NCBI GenBank assembly: GCA_964358705.1
Contig: CAYHPL010000004.1
Coordinates: forward strand, 62,750-126,749
Reading direction: 5' to 3'
DNA length: 64,000 nt
DNA from: an uncultured Chitinophagales bacterium
Lineage (GTDB): Bacteria; Bacteroidota; Ignavibacteria; UBA10030; F1-140-MAGs086
Shown: piece by piece, positions 54,441-63,891 of the stretch
Position numbering within the stretch: position 1 is the stretch's first letter
Layout of the letters: each line of letters begins with the position of its first letter
Notes under the pieces: generated by a model
The model's input: the letters and a program-made list of their open reading frames with translations, nothing else
Told to the model about the DNA's origin: nothing
Databases searched by the model: none
Position numbers and translations under genes: made by a program

Positions 54441-55487
54441 TTATTTTATTTCCCACGTCTGTCCGCTTCCAAGAAGTTCGTTGAGACTTCCTTTTTTCTT
54501 AGCGGCGGCTTTTTGTACCTGTGTTTCCATATCTGCATCATACGTCGGGCGTTCAATTGCGCGGAAAATTCCAATCGGTCGCGGCATTCCTTCCATTGAT
54601 GAAAAACTCGCAAGTATAAATGCAAGCACGGAATCTTTCTCATTATGGACGAGTAAATCATCAACGGAAATTCCATCACCGAGCGTTACCACTTTCGGCG
54701 TAAATCCGTCAAGTTTAATTCCTCTCGTTTTTTCTTTTCCGAACACCATCGGTTTTCCGTGTTCAAGAATGAGCACAGTATCATCCCGTGTGTCTTTTTC
54801 TGTAAAAGCAAAAAAAGCGCCATCGTTAAAGACGTTGCAGTTCTGATATATTTCCACAAATGCAGTGCCTTTGTGTTCGCCCGCACGTTTTAAAATGTAC
54901 TGCATGTGTTTCGGGTCGCGGTCAAGTGTGCGTGCGACAAAACTTCCTTCTGCACCCAGCGCAAGCAATGCGGGAATAAACGGATGGTCAATATTTCCGT
55001 ACGGTGTGGATTTGGTTACTTGTCCGTATAATGATGTCGGAGAATACTGTCCTTTCGTCAATCCGTAAATTTGATTATTGAAGAGCACAATTTTTATATC
55101 CACATTGCGGCGCAACGTGTGAATAAAATGATTTCCTCCGATACTCATTCCATCGCCATCACCTGTTGCAACCCACACGGAAAGGTCGGGACGGGAAATT
55201 TTTACTCCTGTTGCAATTGCAGTTGCGCGACCGTGAATACCGTGAAAGCCATACGTATCCATATAATATGGAAAGCGGCTGGAACATCCGATGCCCGATA
55301 CCCATACGATATTATGTTTTGCAACACCGAATTCCGGCATTGTCCGTTGTACCTGTGCGAGAATTGAGTAATCACCGCATCCGGGACACCATCGCACATC
55401 CTGATTGGATTGAAAATCTCGCGCAGAGTATTTTGGTTGTGTAAAATTTTGTTTTGCTTTTTCTAATGTTTCTGTTACAAGCGACAT
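54441..55487 (-). CDS. korB: 2-oxoglutarate/2-oxoacid:ferredoxin oxidoreductase beta subunit
   Basis: WCPGCGDYSIL and the TPP-binding motif GDGDGMSIGGNHFIH; 348 aa, the typical KorB size. Confidence 0.9.
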   Translation of the reverse strand: MSLVTETLEKAKQNFTQPKYSARDFQSNQDVRWCPGCGDYSILAQVQRTMPEFGVAKHNIVWVSGIGCSSRFPYYMDTYGFHGIHGRATAIATGVKISRPDLSVWVATGDGDGMSIGGNHFIHTLRRNVDIKIVLFNNQIYGLTKGQYSPTSLYGQVTKSTPYGNIDHPFIPALLALGAEGSFVARTLDRDPKHMQYILKRAGEHKGTAFVEIYQNCNVFNDGAFFAFTEKDTRDDTVLILEHGKPMVFGKEKTRGIKLDGFTPKVVTLGDGISVDDLLVHNEKDSVLAFILASFSSMEGMPRPIGIFRAIERPTYDADMETQVQKAAAKKKGSLNELLGSGQTWEIK

Positions 55488-55506
55488 AGTTTTTTAGTTT
55501 TTGTTT

Positions 55507-55746
55507 TTAATTTTTTTTATTAAATAAAATGACAAATTCGTCAAGTGTTAATTCTAAATCTTCCCGGATTATCTTTCTCAGCAATCCTTTCGGAATTTCT
55601 CTCTTTGCATGAACCGGAATTGTTGTTACTCTACCATCTTCTGATTTCATTCGGATATGTGAGCCTTTTGTTCGCACGTTTTGAAATCCAATGGATTCTA
55701 ACAAGCGCACCAATTGCTTTCCGCTAAGCGAAGGCAACTTTGGCAT
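55507..55746 (-). CDS. hicA: HicA-family toxin (YcfA-like mRNA interferase)
   Basis: LSGKQLVRLLESIGFQNVRTKGSHIRM....TIPVH..EIPKGLLRKIIRE is the classic HicA dsRBD-like pattern with the GSH motif. The start overlaps the hicB-like ORF by 23 nt. Confidence 0.8.
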   Translation of the reverse strand: MPKLPSLSGKQLVRLLESIGFQNVRTKGSHIRMKSEDGRVTTIPVHAKREIPKGLLRKIIREDLELTLDEFVILFNKKN

Positions 55747-55969
55747 GCGTGTTTATTTCAATTTCACGAAAGCCAACAAACGTATTTAACTTTTCTACGT
55801 TTGTTTCTTCTATGCAAAGTTCTATTACTTCACGAATATTATTCAGTGCTTCCTCAATAGTTACACCATATGAATGGCATCCCTTAAAGAGCGGACAACC
55901 AACAATATAATAACCGTCTTCGTCCATTTCGATGATAATGGGAAAGTGAAAAGATTTTTGTTTATCCAT
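55724..55969 (-). CDS. hicB: HicB/UPF0150-family antitoxin, N-terminal (toxin-binding) domain only
   Basis: FHFPIIIEMDEDGYYIVGCPLFKGCHSYGVTIEEALNNIREVIELCIEE matches the HicB N-domain pattern. The 81 aa carry no RHH/HTH extension. Confidence 0.75.
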   Translation of the reverse strand: MDKQKSFHFPIIIEMDEDGYYIVGCPLFKGCHSYGVTIEEALNNIREVIELCIEETNVEKLNTFVGFREIEINTHAKVAFA

Positions 55970-55991
55970 TTTGAAAAATATATATAGTAAT

Positions 55992-57824
55992 TTATTTCAT
56001 CCCCAGCACTTCATCAATTTTCTTTTCCAGTTCCGATGCCTTGAATGGCTGTCCCTGAATTTTATTGTATGAAATTGTTGGAATGAGATAGCGGAAGCGC
56101 AATACTTTTGAAAGTTGTCCGAGATTTAATTCCGGCACGAGAATATGTTTAAAGCGATAAAGAATTTCGCCGACATTTTTCTGCATCGGATTGAGATAGC
56201 GCAAATGCAAATGCGATACTGATTTTCCTTCTCTGCGTTTATTCATCACTGCTGTTTTAATTGCTCCGTACGTGCCGCCCCAACCAACTACAAGTACATC
56301 ACCGCTTTCATCACCTTCAATTTCTGCAAGCGGAATGTCATCGGCAATGCGGTCAATTTTTTCCTGACGCAATTTGCACATATACTCGTGGTTTCCTGCT
56401 TCGTAATTTACATTACCGGTGATGTGTTGCTTTTCCAAACCGCCGATACGGTGCTCAAGTCCGGGAGTTCCGGGAATTGCCCACGGACGCGATAAGGTTT
56501 TCTCATCACGCAAGTATGGGAAAAATCCTTCTTTTTCTGTTCGGAATGTTGGATGTAATTCCGGTAAATCTTCTTCCGCCGGATATTTCCATGGTTCTGC
56601 GCCATTTGCAATGTATCCATCGGAAAGAAAAATTACCGGCGACATTGTATTCAACGCAATACGAGCCGCTTCAAATACTGTTTCAAAACAATCTGAAGGT
56701 GTTTTAGATGCAATAACGCATACTGGCGCTTCACCATTTCTTCCGTACATCGCCTGCATTAAATCCGCCTGCTCTGTTTTTGTCGGAAGTCCTGTGCTTG
56801 GTCCGCCGCGCTGAATATTTACAATGACGAGCGGAAGTTCCGTCATCAATGCAAGCCCGATAGCTTCACCTTTTAATGCAAGACCTGGACCGCTTGTCGT
56901 TGTTACGGCAAGCGCACCAGAATATGATGCGCCAATCGTACTTGCAATTGCCGCAATTTCATCTTCTGCCTGAAATGTTTTGACGCGGAAATTTTTGTGC
57001 CGTGAAAGTTCGTGCAAAATATCGCTTGCAGGCGTTATCGGATACGTGCCGAGAAATAAATCCAATCCTGATTTTATCGAAGCGGCAATCAATCCGAATG
57101 CAACCGCTTCATTTCCGGTAATGCTGCGATACGTGCCGGGCGTAAGTTTTGCAGGCGCAACATCGTAACGGACGGCGAAAATTTCTGTCGTCTCTCCGTA
57201 ATTATAACCGGCTTTCAACACCCGTGAGTTCGCTTCAACAAATTCCGGCGTTTTTTTGAACTTGTCCTGAATCCATTCCAGAGATGGCTCCATCGAACGG
57301 TTAAACATCCAGTACATCATTCCAAGCGCAAAAAAGTTTTTGCAACGGTCAACGTGTTTGGAAGACATATTCATATCTGCCAACACATTTCCTGTCAGTT
57401 TTGTAATATCAACGACGTGCAATTTATATTTTTGCAGAGAGCCATCGTCCAGCGGACTTTTTTCATAGCCGGCAAGTTTCAGATTTTTTACATCAAAGCC
57501 ATCGCGATTGGCGATGATAATGCCGCCATCTTTCAGACTGTTGAGATTTACTTTGAGCGATGCAGGGTTCATTGCAACAAGCACATCGCACGTATCGCCG
57601 GGCGTGTGAATATCAATTGCACCAAAGTGCAGTTGAAATCCGCTCACACCGAAAAGTGTTCCGGCTGGAGCGCGAATTTCTGCAGGGTAATCGGGAAATG
57701 TACTCAAATCATTGCCAAACAAAGCGGTTGTTTTGGTAAATTCCATTCCGGTTAATTGCATACCGTCGCCGGAATCGCCGGCAAAACGTATTGTTACTTC
57801 ATCAAGGTTTTGGAGTGTTTTCAT
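55992..57824 (-). CDS. korA: 2-oxoglutarate/2-oxoacid:ferredoxin oxidoreductase alpha subunit (fused gamma-alpha type)
   Basis: 610 aa. The N-terminal POR-gamma-like domain reads RFAGDSGDGMQLTG. The pyrimidine-binding/transketolase-like core reads GNEAVAFGLIAAS..YPITPASDI..EDEIAA. Confidence 0.9.
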   Translation of the reverse strand: MKTLQNLDEVTIRFAGDSGDGMQLTGMEFTKTTALFGNDLSTFPDYPAEIRAPAGTLFGVSGFQLHFGAIDIHTPGDTCDVLVAMNPASLKVNLNSLKDGGIIIANRDGFDVKNLKLAGYEKSPLDDGSLQKYKLHVVDITKLTGNVLADMNMSSKHVDRCKNFFALGMMYWMFNRSMEPSLEWIQDKFKKTPEFVEANSRVLKAGYNYGETTEIFAVRYDVAPAKLTPGTYRSITGNEAVAFGLIAASIKSGLDLFLGTYPITPASDILHELSRHKNFRVKTFQAEDEIAAIASTIGASYSGALAVTTTSGPGLALKGEAIGLALMTELPLVIVNIQRGGPSTGLPTKTEQADLMQAMYGRNGEAPVCVIASKTPSDCFETVFEAARIALNTMSPVIFLSDGYIANGAEPWKYPAEEDLPELHPTFRTEKEGFFPYLRDEKTLSRPWAIPGTPGLEHRIGGLEKQHITGNVNYEAGNHEYMCKLRQEKIDRIADDIPLAEIEGDESGDVLVVGWGGTYGAIKTAVMNKRREGKSVSHLHLRYLNPMQKNVGEILYRFKHILVPELNLGQLSKVLRFRYLIPTISYNKIQGQPFKASELEKKIDEVLGMK

Positions 57825-57850
57825 TGTTGCTAAATTATATTTGTAAATTT

Positions 57851-60800
57851 TTATTTCAAGTGTACAAGTTTTTTCGTTTCTACAAATTCACCTGCTTGCA
57901 AACGATAAATGTAAATACCAGATGGGAATTTTGTAGCATCCCATTCTGTATCGTGCATACCCGCTAAGAGTTCATCATTTACTAATGTTGCAATTTCTTC
58001 CCCTATCAAATTATATATTTTGAGAATTACATAACTTGGTTTTTGCAAATGAAATTGAATTGTTGTTGTAGGATTAAAAGGATTGGGTGTGTTCTGCAAA
58101 AGTTTTGTTTTTCGTAATGATGAATCTTGTTTGTTATTTATAACTGGTTTTAAGATTTTTTGTGTTGCAACCGCTTCATATCGTCCACGTGTTACAAAGA
58201 TAAATGACCGTTCCATTCCTTCCTGTAAAGGTGGTGCGTTAAATTCAAGGTCAATCCATTCACCGGGATTCAATTCTGCATAATCTTGATCCCAGTTTTG
58301 CAAATGATTTTTTATATCGCCGATATCTGAGTGAACTGCTTGAAGCAACTGTGTTGAATGAACGGTAAACGGCAATTCTAATTTGTTACTTAATTCTGTA
58401 TAGTCAATTTCAGAGTCTTCTTTCCATTGAATATTAATTTGCAAGGTGCTTGTATCTGCGGCTGGAACCATCATCCATGTAAAAGATGGATTTCTTCGTA
58501 AATGAAATGAAGAAAATGTTTTTTGTCCTTCTTCTCCATTAATAGTAACCTCCCCAGCAGTATTTTTCTTTGTTGAATTTGGTTTTAACCGAGCAACCAG
58601 AAGCAAACCGTTTTCGTAAGATTGTCCGCCGTTTTGAGTGAATAATAATTGGAGGTTGTCGTTCTTTGCTGCTTCAACTTTTACTCCATCTAATGTTGAT
58701 ATTTCTTTTATCACTTCTTCAGAATCAAGTTCGGCGCTTGCGACATAAATGGGCTTTGCAAACTGTATAATTGTTCCATTATCATCAATTGTAATTGAAA
58801 CATCGGAAGAGTGGTCTATTGCGAGCAATTGAAAACGATCAAACCACGAATGTTCTTGTTCAAACTCTGCAACGGCTAACTTATATGTTTCTCCTTCAAC
58901 AACTGGAGAAGAATAGAGCTGATAATAATCGGTAACATCTTGTCCGTGGTTTTCAGGAAATTCACTTTGAGGTAAAATGTTGTTGTCTTCTATATATGTT
59001 CCACCGTTCCAGACGTACACAAACGGGCATCCGTTTCCACCTGCAAAAGTAGGGTGATAAACAATTGTTTGTGATATTCCGGCCTGATTAGTAACATAGC
59101 ATTCCAATTCCCACGTAGGTGCTTTAAATGAATGATTACTGCTTAATTTATTATTGCCATAATGCAGAATAGCCTTTTTTCCGTTAAATGTAACCGTAGA
59201 ACCAGATGGTTCATTTCTTGATATCCAATGGTATTGCAGATTTCCATTGCCCTGCGAAAGGCTACAAATTACTTCACCATTTTGGTAAGGGAAAAAAGGA
59301 AATGGATTTTGACTAATATTGGAAATCAATGGCGGAAAAATGGGAGGATGTTGATAAAAAAATGGGTACTCTCGAATTACCCAATCTTGTTGATAAACAC
59401 CATAATCTCCATTAAAATATGGCTTTACTTTAATGACTAGAGAATAATTGTCCGAAGTCCATTGAGATGCATCTATAAAATAATTATGTAAATATGCGCC
59501 AGTAGTATCGTATGATTGTATAAGAGTTTCCACAATACTACCAGTGCTATTCTTTTTTATATATGCATGAATTTTACTCAAATTCGTAGGTAAAAATTTC
59601 GCATTAACAGTTGAACCTTGTACATTTACGTTCATTTTTATTATATCTGCCCCAGGAAGAAATGTCCTCATTCCCGTAGTATTGCCCCAACTATCAGCCG
59701 TATATAAATAAAATGCTCTACCATAATGTGCTATCCCATTATTATCTTCATACATCAGCCATGGAGATTTACTTATTCTTTGTGGAGATGAAAATCCTAC
59801 GGTCGAAACTATATATTCACCCGTCCAGGAAAATTTATGGACCATTTCTAATCCTTCATCAGTAATCCACCACTCGTCTACATCATCTTGACCAATGTCC
59901 GTTAGATAAGAATTCGATAAAAACTCTGTACTACGAATAGCTATCGCGGTTTGAGTTGAATTATTTATTGAATTGGGATCTATAAGTACAAAAGAATTTC
60001 TTGCACCATCAATGACACCGATATAATTACTCCATGAAAATGAGTAACCTTCTGAAGCAAGAATTTTCCTTGGACGTAAAAGTCTGTATGTTTGTCCATC
60101 AAGGGTATAATATTTTATAGTTCTTAATACATTACAATTCATATCGGTTTCAACGATTTGTCCTGCTCTATCATCAGCAATCCAGAGGCGGTTGTTGTCT
60201 GCATTATAAAACCCGCCATCTAATTTTAAAGATATATCACAGAGATGTTCTATGCCGTCAATTACTACATCAGATACATAACCAAGAACACCCTGATAAA
60301 TGTAATAAACTAGTCGTACTATTTTATTACCATCAATAACATATACTCTTGAATTATCTTGTTGTAAATAAGACAATGGTTCTACTGCAATTGCTTGAGG
60401 ATTAAAAAATTCATGATTCCCCAAATGGTCTCCATATGATTTTACCCAGTTCCCGCTTTTATTTAAGTACACAATTCGATTCCAATCTGGATCAAGAAAA
60501 AATGAAACGGCATTAGCCTCATTAGTGTTAATGTAAAGCCCGTCTGCATCAATTTTACTGTTATTTGCAAAAAGTTTGAGTTGAAGATGTTGTTGAGTTA
60601 CTGTCGCATTTAATACCTGAATATTCGTGTTCGGATGATTGATAGATAACAATGCTTTGTCGCTCGTAATTAAATCATTTAATATCAGAACGGAAGAAAC
60701 ATTATTTGATTTGTTATTCTGGTATTCAATGTTCATCAGATACTCCGGTATTTCAATAAATATCCATCCCCTCTTTGACCTCTCGAATTTGATAAGTGAA

Positions 60801-61168
60801 CTTGTCAAGTTAATATTTTTCCCATCAGTAATATCACATATAGTGTAAGCCGAATTCCCTTCTATCTTTATTTGATGAGGTTTTATTGTAAAATTTTCAA
60901 AAGAAATTTTCTCCTTTTTAAAAAAAATCCTTTTCGCTGATTTATTGACTTTTGAAGCAAAGTATTTATTGGGGAGGTATTGCTGAATACTTGATATATC
61001 TCCTCTTCGCAAAGAAAACATAAATTGCTGCAAGAGCAATTTTATTTGTACTTCTTCAGATGGTCTTTCTCCGGGGAGCAACAAGGGCTGAATTCCTTGA
61101 GAAAAACTTGGAAAGAAAATCTCTAATTCAAGAATTCCTATTGCTAATATGAAGATGATATATTTCAT
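57851..61168 (-). CDS. Large secreted protein of unknown function with divergent T9SS CTD (1105 aa)
   Basis: Signal peptide present. NHL-like stretches (RLWIADDRAGQIVETDMNCNVLRTI). The CTD LLQNTPNPFNPTTTIQF...GIYIYRLQ...KKLVHLK differs from the other 11 CTDs. The gene is AT-rich. Confidence 0.7.
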   Translation of the reverse strand: MKYIIFILAIGILELEIFFPSFSQGIQPLLLPGERPSEEVQIKLLLQQFMFSLRRGDISSIQQYLPNKYFASKVNKSAKRIFFKKEKISFENFTIKPHQIKIEGNSAYTICDITDGKNINLTSSLIKFERSKRGWIFIEIPEYLMNIEYQNNKSNNVSSVLILNDLITSDKALLSINHPNTNIQVLNATVTQQHLQLKLFANNSKIDADGLYINTNEANAVSFFLDPDWNRIVYLNKSGNWVKSYGDHLGNHEFFNPQAIAVEPLSYLQQDNSRVYVIDGNKIVRLVYYIYQGVLGYVSDVVIDGIEHLCDISLKLDGGFYNADNNRLWIADDRAGQIVETDMNCNVLRTIKYYTLDGQTYRLLRPRKILASEGYSFSWSNYIGVIDGARNSFVLIDPNSINNSTQTAIAIRSTEFLSNSYLTDIGQDDVDEWWITDEGLEMVHKFSWTGEYIVSTVGFSSPQRISKSPWLMYEDNNGIAHYGRAFYLYTADSWGNTTGMRTFLPGADIIKMNVNVQGSTVNAKFLPTNLSKIHAYIKKNSTGSIVETLIQSYDTTGAYLHNYFIDASQWTSDNYSLVIKVKPYFNGDYGVYQQDWVIREYPFFYQHPPIFPPLISNISQNPFPFFPYQNGEVICSLSQGNGNLQYHWISRNEPSGSTVTFNGKKAILHYGNNKLSSNHSFKAPTWELECYVTNQAGISQTIVYHPTFAGGNGCPFVYVWNGGTYIEDNNILPQSEFPENHGQDVTDYYQLYSSPVVEGETYKLAVAEFEQEHSWFDRFQLLAIDHSSDVSITIDDNGTIIQFAKPIYVASAELDSEEVIKEISTLDGVKVEAAKNDNLQLLFTQNGGQSYENGLLLVARLKPNSTKKNTAGEVTINGEEGQKTFSSFHLRRNPSFTWMMVPAADTSTLQINIQWKEDSEIDYTELSNKLELPFTVHSTQLLQAVHSDIGDIKNHLQNWDQDYAELNPGEWIDLEFNAPPLQEGMERSFIFVTRGRYEAVATQKILKPVINNKQDSSLRKTKLLQNTPNPFNPTTTIQFHLQKPSYVILKIYNLIGEEIATLVNDELLAGMHDTEWDATKFPSGIYIYRLQAGEFVETKKLVHLK

Positions 61169-61178
61169 TTTGGCTCCA

Positions 61179-62261
61179 TTATTTATTTATTTTCAATATT
61201 TGAATATATAATTTAGTAAAGTCTTTCACGTTAATCTTGTCCACTTTTTCGTCAGACGTAACCACCATAATATACATACTCCCGTTAGGACTGATTTTTA
61301 ATTTCGTCTGGTCAGTAAAAATATTTTTCTCCTCAAATTGTTTTAAAGGAGTCGAGTAATCTTTTACTAAATTTAAGTTCTTGTCGTATTGTTTTGTAAT
61401 TTCACCGTTTGTAACATATAAGTTATCCTTCCAGTCTATTCCTGCAAAAGTATAAAAGTTTCCATACATTGAACCAGTGTTTCCAAATGGAAGATGTTCT
61501 TCCTTACTTTCTCGCACTAACTGATCTGATGCGACCATTCCTTTATTAATTCCTTTTAGATATTTGACAAACGATTTATAACCCTTATGTTCAGAAGATA
61601 ATCTATAAACATCTCCTTCGGAATTTTCAATATAATAATCTACCTGCCCAAGAAGTTTACCATTTTTGTCATAAGCAAAGTCGGGATTAGAGGTATCTAA
61701 TGGATTGCCAACAGGAGAAGTATGTAAATAAATGATTCCATTTTTGCTTACAAAAAAGCCAATTACTCTTTTATCTATGCCAGGAATTTTTCCATTTAAA
61801 GAAATTTGTACTACAGAGATTCTATTGGTATCAATTTTGTAGATGCCGTATTCATTTACACCGAAGCATACATTGATGTAGATTTGGTTTAGTCCATCAA
61901 GCGAGAGTTTCATTCTTGTTCTCGTTCCACCAGTCCACTCTAACCTTGATTTACCGTCATCAACAAAAGTCGGCATACTAATACTTTTTTCCCAATGCCC
62001 AAACTTATTAAAGAAGTGAATTTGTTCTTTATCATTATCCGCTATTATAATATTATCTTTTTGGTCAACAATGAAATCACCTGGAAAATTATTAAAAACA
62101 GCCCCTTCATTTTTATTAAACCCTATCTTTTTATCTTCCATCCCAAATTGAGCATTGACAATAACCTCATATTTTGTGAACTGCTGACAGATGGAACTAT
62201 CAATTAAGATGTACGTTAAGGTTATTGATAGAAGAACGAATTTAATTATTGAGTTTTTCAT
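61179..62261 (-). CDS. Secreted protein, unknown function (NHL/beta-propeller-like?)
   Basis: Signal peptide MKNSIIKFVLLSITLTYILIDSSIC. Strand-rich repeats (GDFIVDQKDNIIIADNDKEQIHFF). It lies 10 nt upstream of the 1105-aa gene and is very AT-rich. Confidence 0.55.
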   Translation of the reverse strand: MKNSIIKFVLLSITLTYILIDSSICQQFTKYEVIVNAQFGMEDKKIGFNKNEGAVFNNFPGDFIVDQKDNIIIADNDKEQIHFFNKFGHWEKSISMPTFVDDGKSRLEWTGGTRTRMKLSLDGLNQIYINVCFGVNEYGIYKIDTNRISVVQISLNGKIPGIDKRVIGFFVSKNGIIYLHTSPVGNPLDTSNPDFAYDKNGKLLGQVDYYIENSEGDVYRLSSEHKGYKSFVKYLKGINKGMVASDQLVRESKEEHLPFGNTGSMYGNFYTFAGIDWKDNLYVTNGEITKQYDKNLNLVKDYSTPLKQFEEKNIFTDQTKLKISPNGSMYIMVVTSDEKVDKINVKDFTKLYIQILKINK

Positions 62262-62275
62262 ATTTGTAATAAATT

Positions 62276-63082
62276 TTAATTATGATTTTCGTTATATCGT
62301 ACGAATACCCAGTTATAGCCAGAATAATTAGGTATACTACTATCAAATTTTCCTATTCTTACTTCTGCAACACCAAATTGAAAGTCCTGATAAATATCTA
62401 AACAACTGATTGCGTCCCAGTCTTTTGAAGATACTTGTCCTCTTTTATTAGTAACAATAGCAATGTGATCAAAACTAAGATTATTATCCCAATCAAATAG
62501 TACAAAATCGCCGACTTGTACAGTACCCAATGTAACTACAGTGGAGTCTTTTATTCGAATTAAAGTAGACTTCTGATACCACCAATCACAATCTTGGTAT
62601 TGAACATTCAAGTATCCAGCGTCAATCATTGCCTTTCCAACAAAACGCCAGCATACCATACCAGCTTCGTTCGTAGCATTATCCAGTACATACATAGAAA
62701 AAGGATATCCATATTTCTTATTATTATCACTACCAATTGTATATTGACTCCAAGTTGTTTGGTTAGCAACACTAGAATTATTAATTCGCTCTCTGTATGT
62801 GGAAATAGGTTCCGGAACATGATAGCCATATGCCATTGCACCAGTTGTGTTTGAACCACCGGTTGAGTATCCATAACTATAACTAATACCGCCAATTGTT
62901 ACATTGGCATATGGAGGAATAAAGAATTGAGGATTACCGCTCAAGTAATCTTTTGCTTTGCTTACCAAGGTTCTATTTTTTGTTAGGTCCCCCCCTGTTT
63001 GAGTTGTATCGGTTCCGACACATCCATAAAACGATAAAACAAATAAAATTGCAACGGTGCAAGAAAAAGATGGTATTTTCAT
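62276..63082 (-). CDS. Lipoprotein with putative papain-fold (CHAP / NlpC-P60-like) cysteine peptidase/amidase domain
   Basis: Lipobox LSFYGC. Candidate nucleophile in GMVCWRFVGKA and candidate His in GDFVLFDWDNNLSFDHIAIVT. This ordering is typical of CHAP/NlpC-P60 enzymes but was called by eye only. Confidence 0.45.
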   Translation of the reverse strand: MKIPSFSCTVAILFVLSFYGCVGTDTTQTGGDLTKNRTLVSKAKDYLSGNPQFFIPPYANVTIGGISYSYGYSTGGSNTTGAMAYGYHVPEPISTYRERINNSSVANQTTWSQYTIGSDNNKKYGYPFSMYVLDNATNEAGMVCWRFVGKAMIDAGYLNVQYQDCDWWYQKSTLIRIKDSTVVTLGTVQVGDFVLFDWDNNLSFDHIAIVTNKRGQVSSKDWDAISCLDIYQDFQFGVAEVRIGKFDSSIPNYSGYNWVFVRYNENHN

Positions 63083-63150
63083 AATAATAGATTGTTAGTT
63101 ATAATAATTTGAATTATTGAAAAACAAAAATTCAATCGCGTGCATTGTCT

Positions 63151-63891
63151 TTATCCCACCTCATTTAAGAACGGAAACCATTTGGAAAAATAGCCCGCAA
63201 GTATCGTCAGTGAGTTGGTAAAAATTAAAATGCCCACAATAATCAGCATAATGCCGCCGATAACTTCTACTGTGTGCATGTGTTTCTTGAGTTTGTTAAA
63301 AAAATTATAAAACCACGTTATACTCAATCCGGTAATTAAAAACGGAATGCCGAGCCCCAAAGAATAACTCGTGAGCAAAACGATTCCCTGCCCGACTGTT
63401 TCCTGCTGACTTGCGATGGCAAGAATTGCGGCGAGTATCGGACCAATGCACGGAGTCCAGCCGAAAGCAAATGCAAGCCCGACGAGAAACGCGCCGAAAA
63501 ATCCGAGCGGTTTAGCATCGCTGTGAAATCGTTTTTCGTAGTTCAAAAATGGAATTTTAAAAACGCCAATCATATTCAAACCGAATATGATAATTATTGC
63601 GCCTGCTATTTTACTGATGATGTTGAGTTTACTCAGAAGAAACTGTCCCACCGCAGAAGCAGATGCTCCGAGCGCGATAAAAACAAGTGAGAATCCTGCT
63701 ATAAAAAAAAGTGTGCGGAGTAAAATCTGATTGCGCATTGCTTTTTTCTCGTTCTCATTTTTCATTGCTTCGATGGAAACGCCGGAAATAAATGAAATAT
63801 AACCGGGAACAATTGGAAGCACGCAGGGAGAAATAAACGAGAGGAATCCGAAAAAAAATGCGGTGAGGATGTTGACGTTGTCAGTTGCCAT
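63151..63891 (-). CDS. ccdA: Cytochrome c biogenesis thiol-disulfide transporter CcdA/DsbD-TM family
   Basis: FLSFISPCVLPIVPGY and GWTPCIGPIL Cys motifs in a 6-TM protein. ATG 63891 (MATDNVN...) is preferred over the longer ORF. Confidence 0.85.
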   Translation of the reverse strand: MATDNVNILTAFFFGFLSFISPCVLPIVPGYISFISGVSIEAMKNENEKKAMRNQILLRTLFFIAGFSLVFIALGASASAVGQFLLSKLNIISKIAGAIIIIFGLNMIGVFKIPFLNYEKRFHSDAKPLGFFGAFLVGLAFAFGWTPCIGPILAAILAIASQQETVGQGIVLLTSYSLGLGIPFLITGLSITWFYNFFNKLKKHMHTVEVIGGIMLIIVGILIFTNSLTILAGYFSKWFPFLNEVG

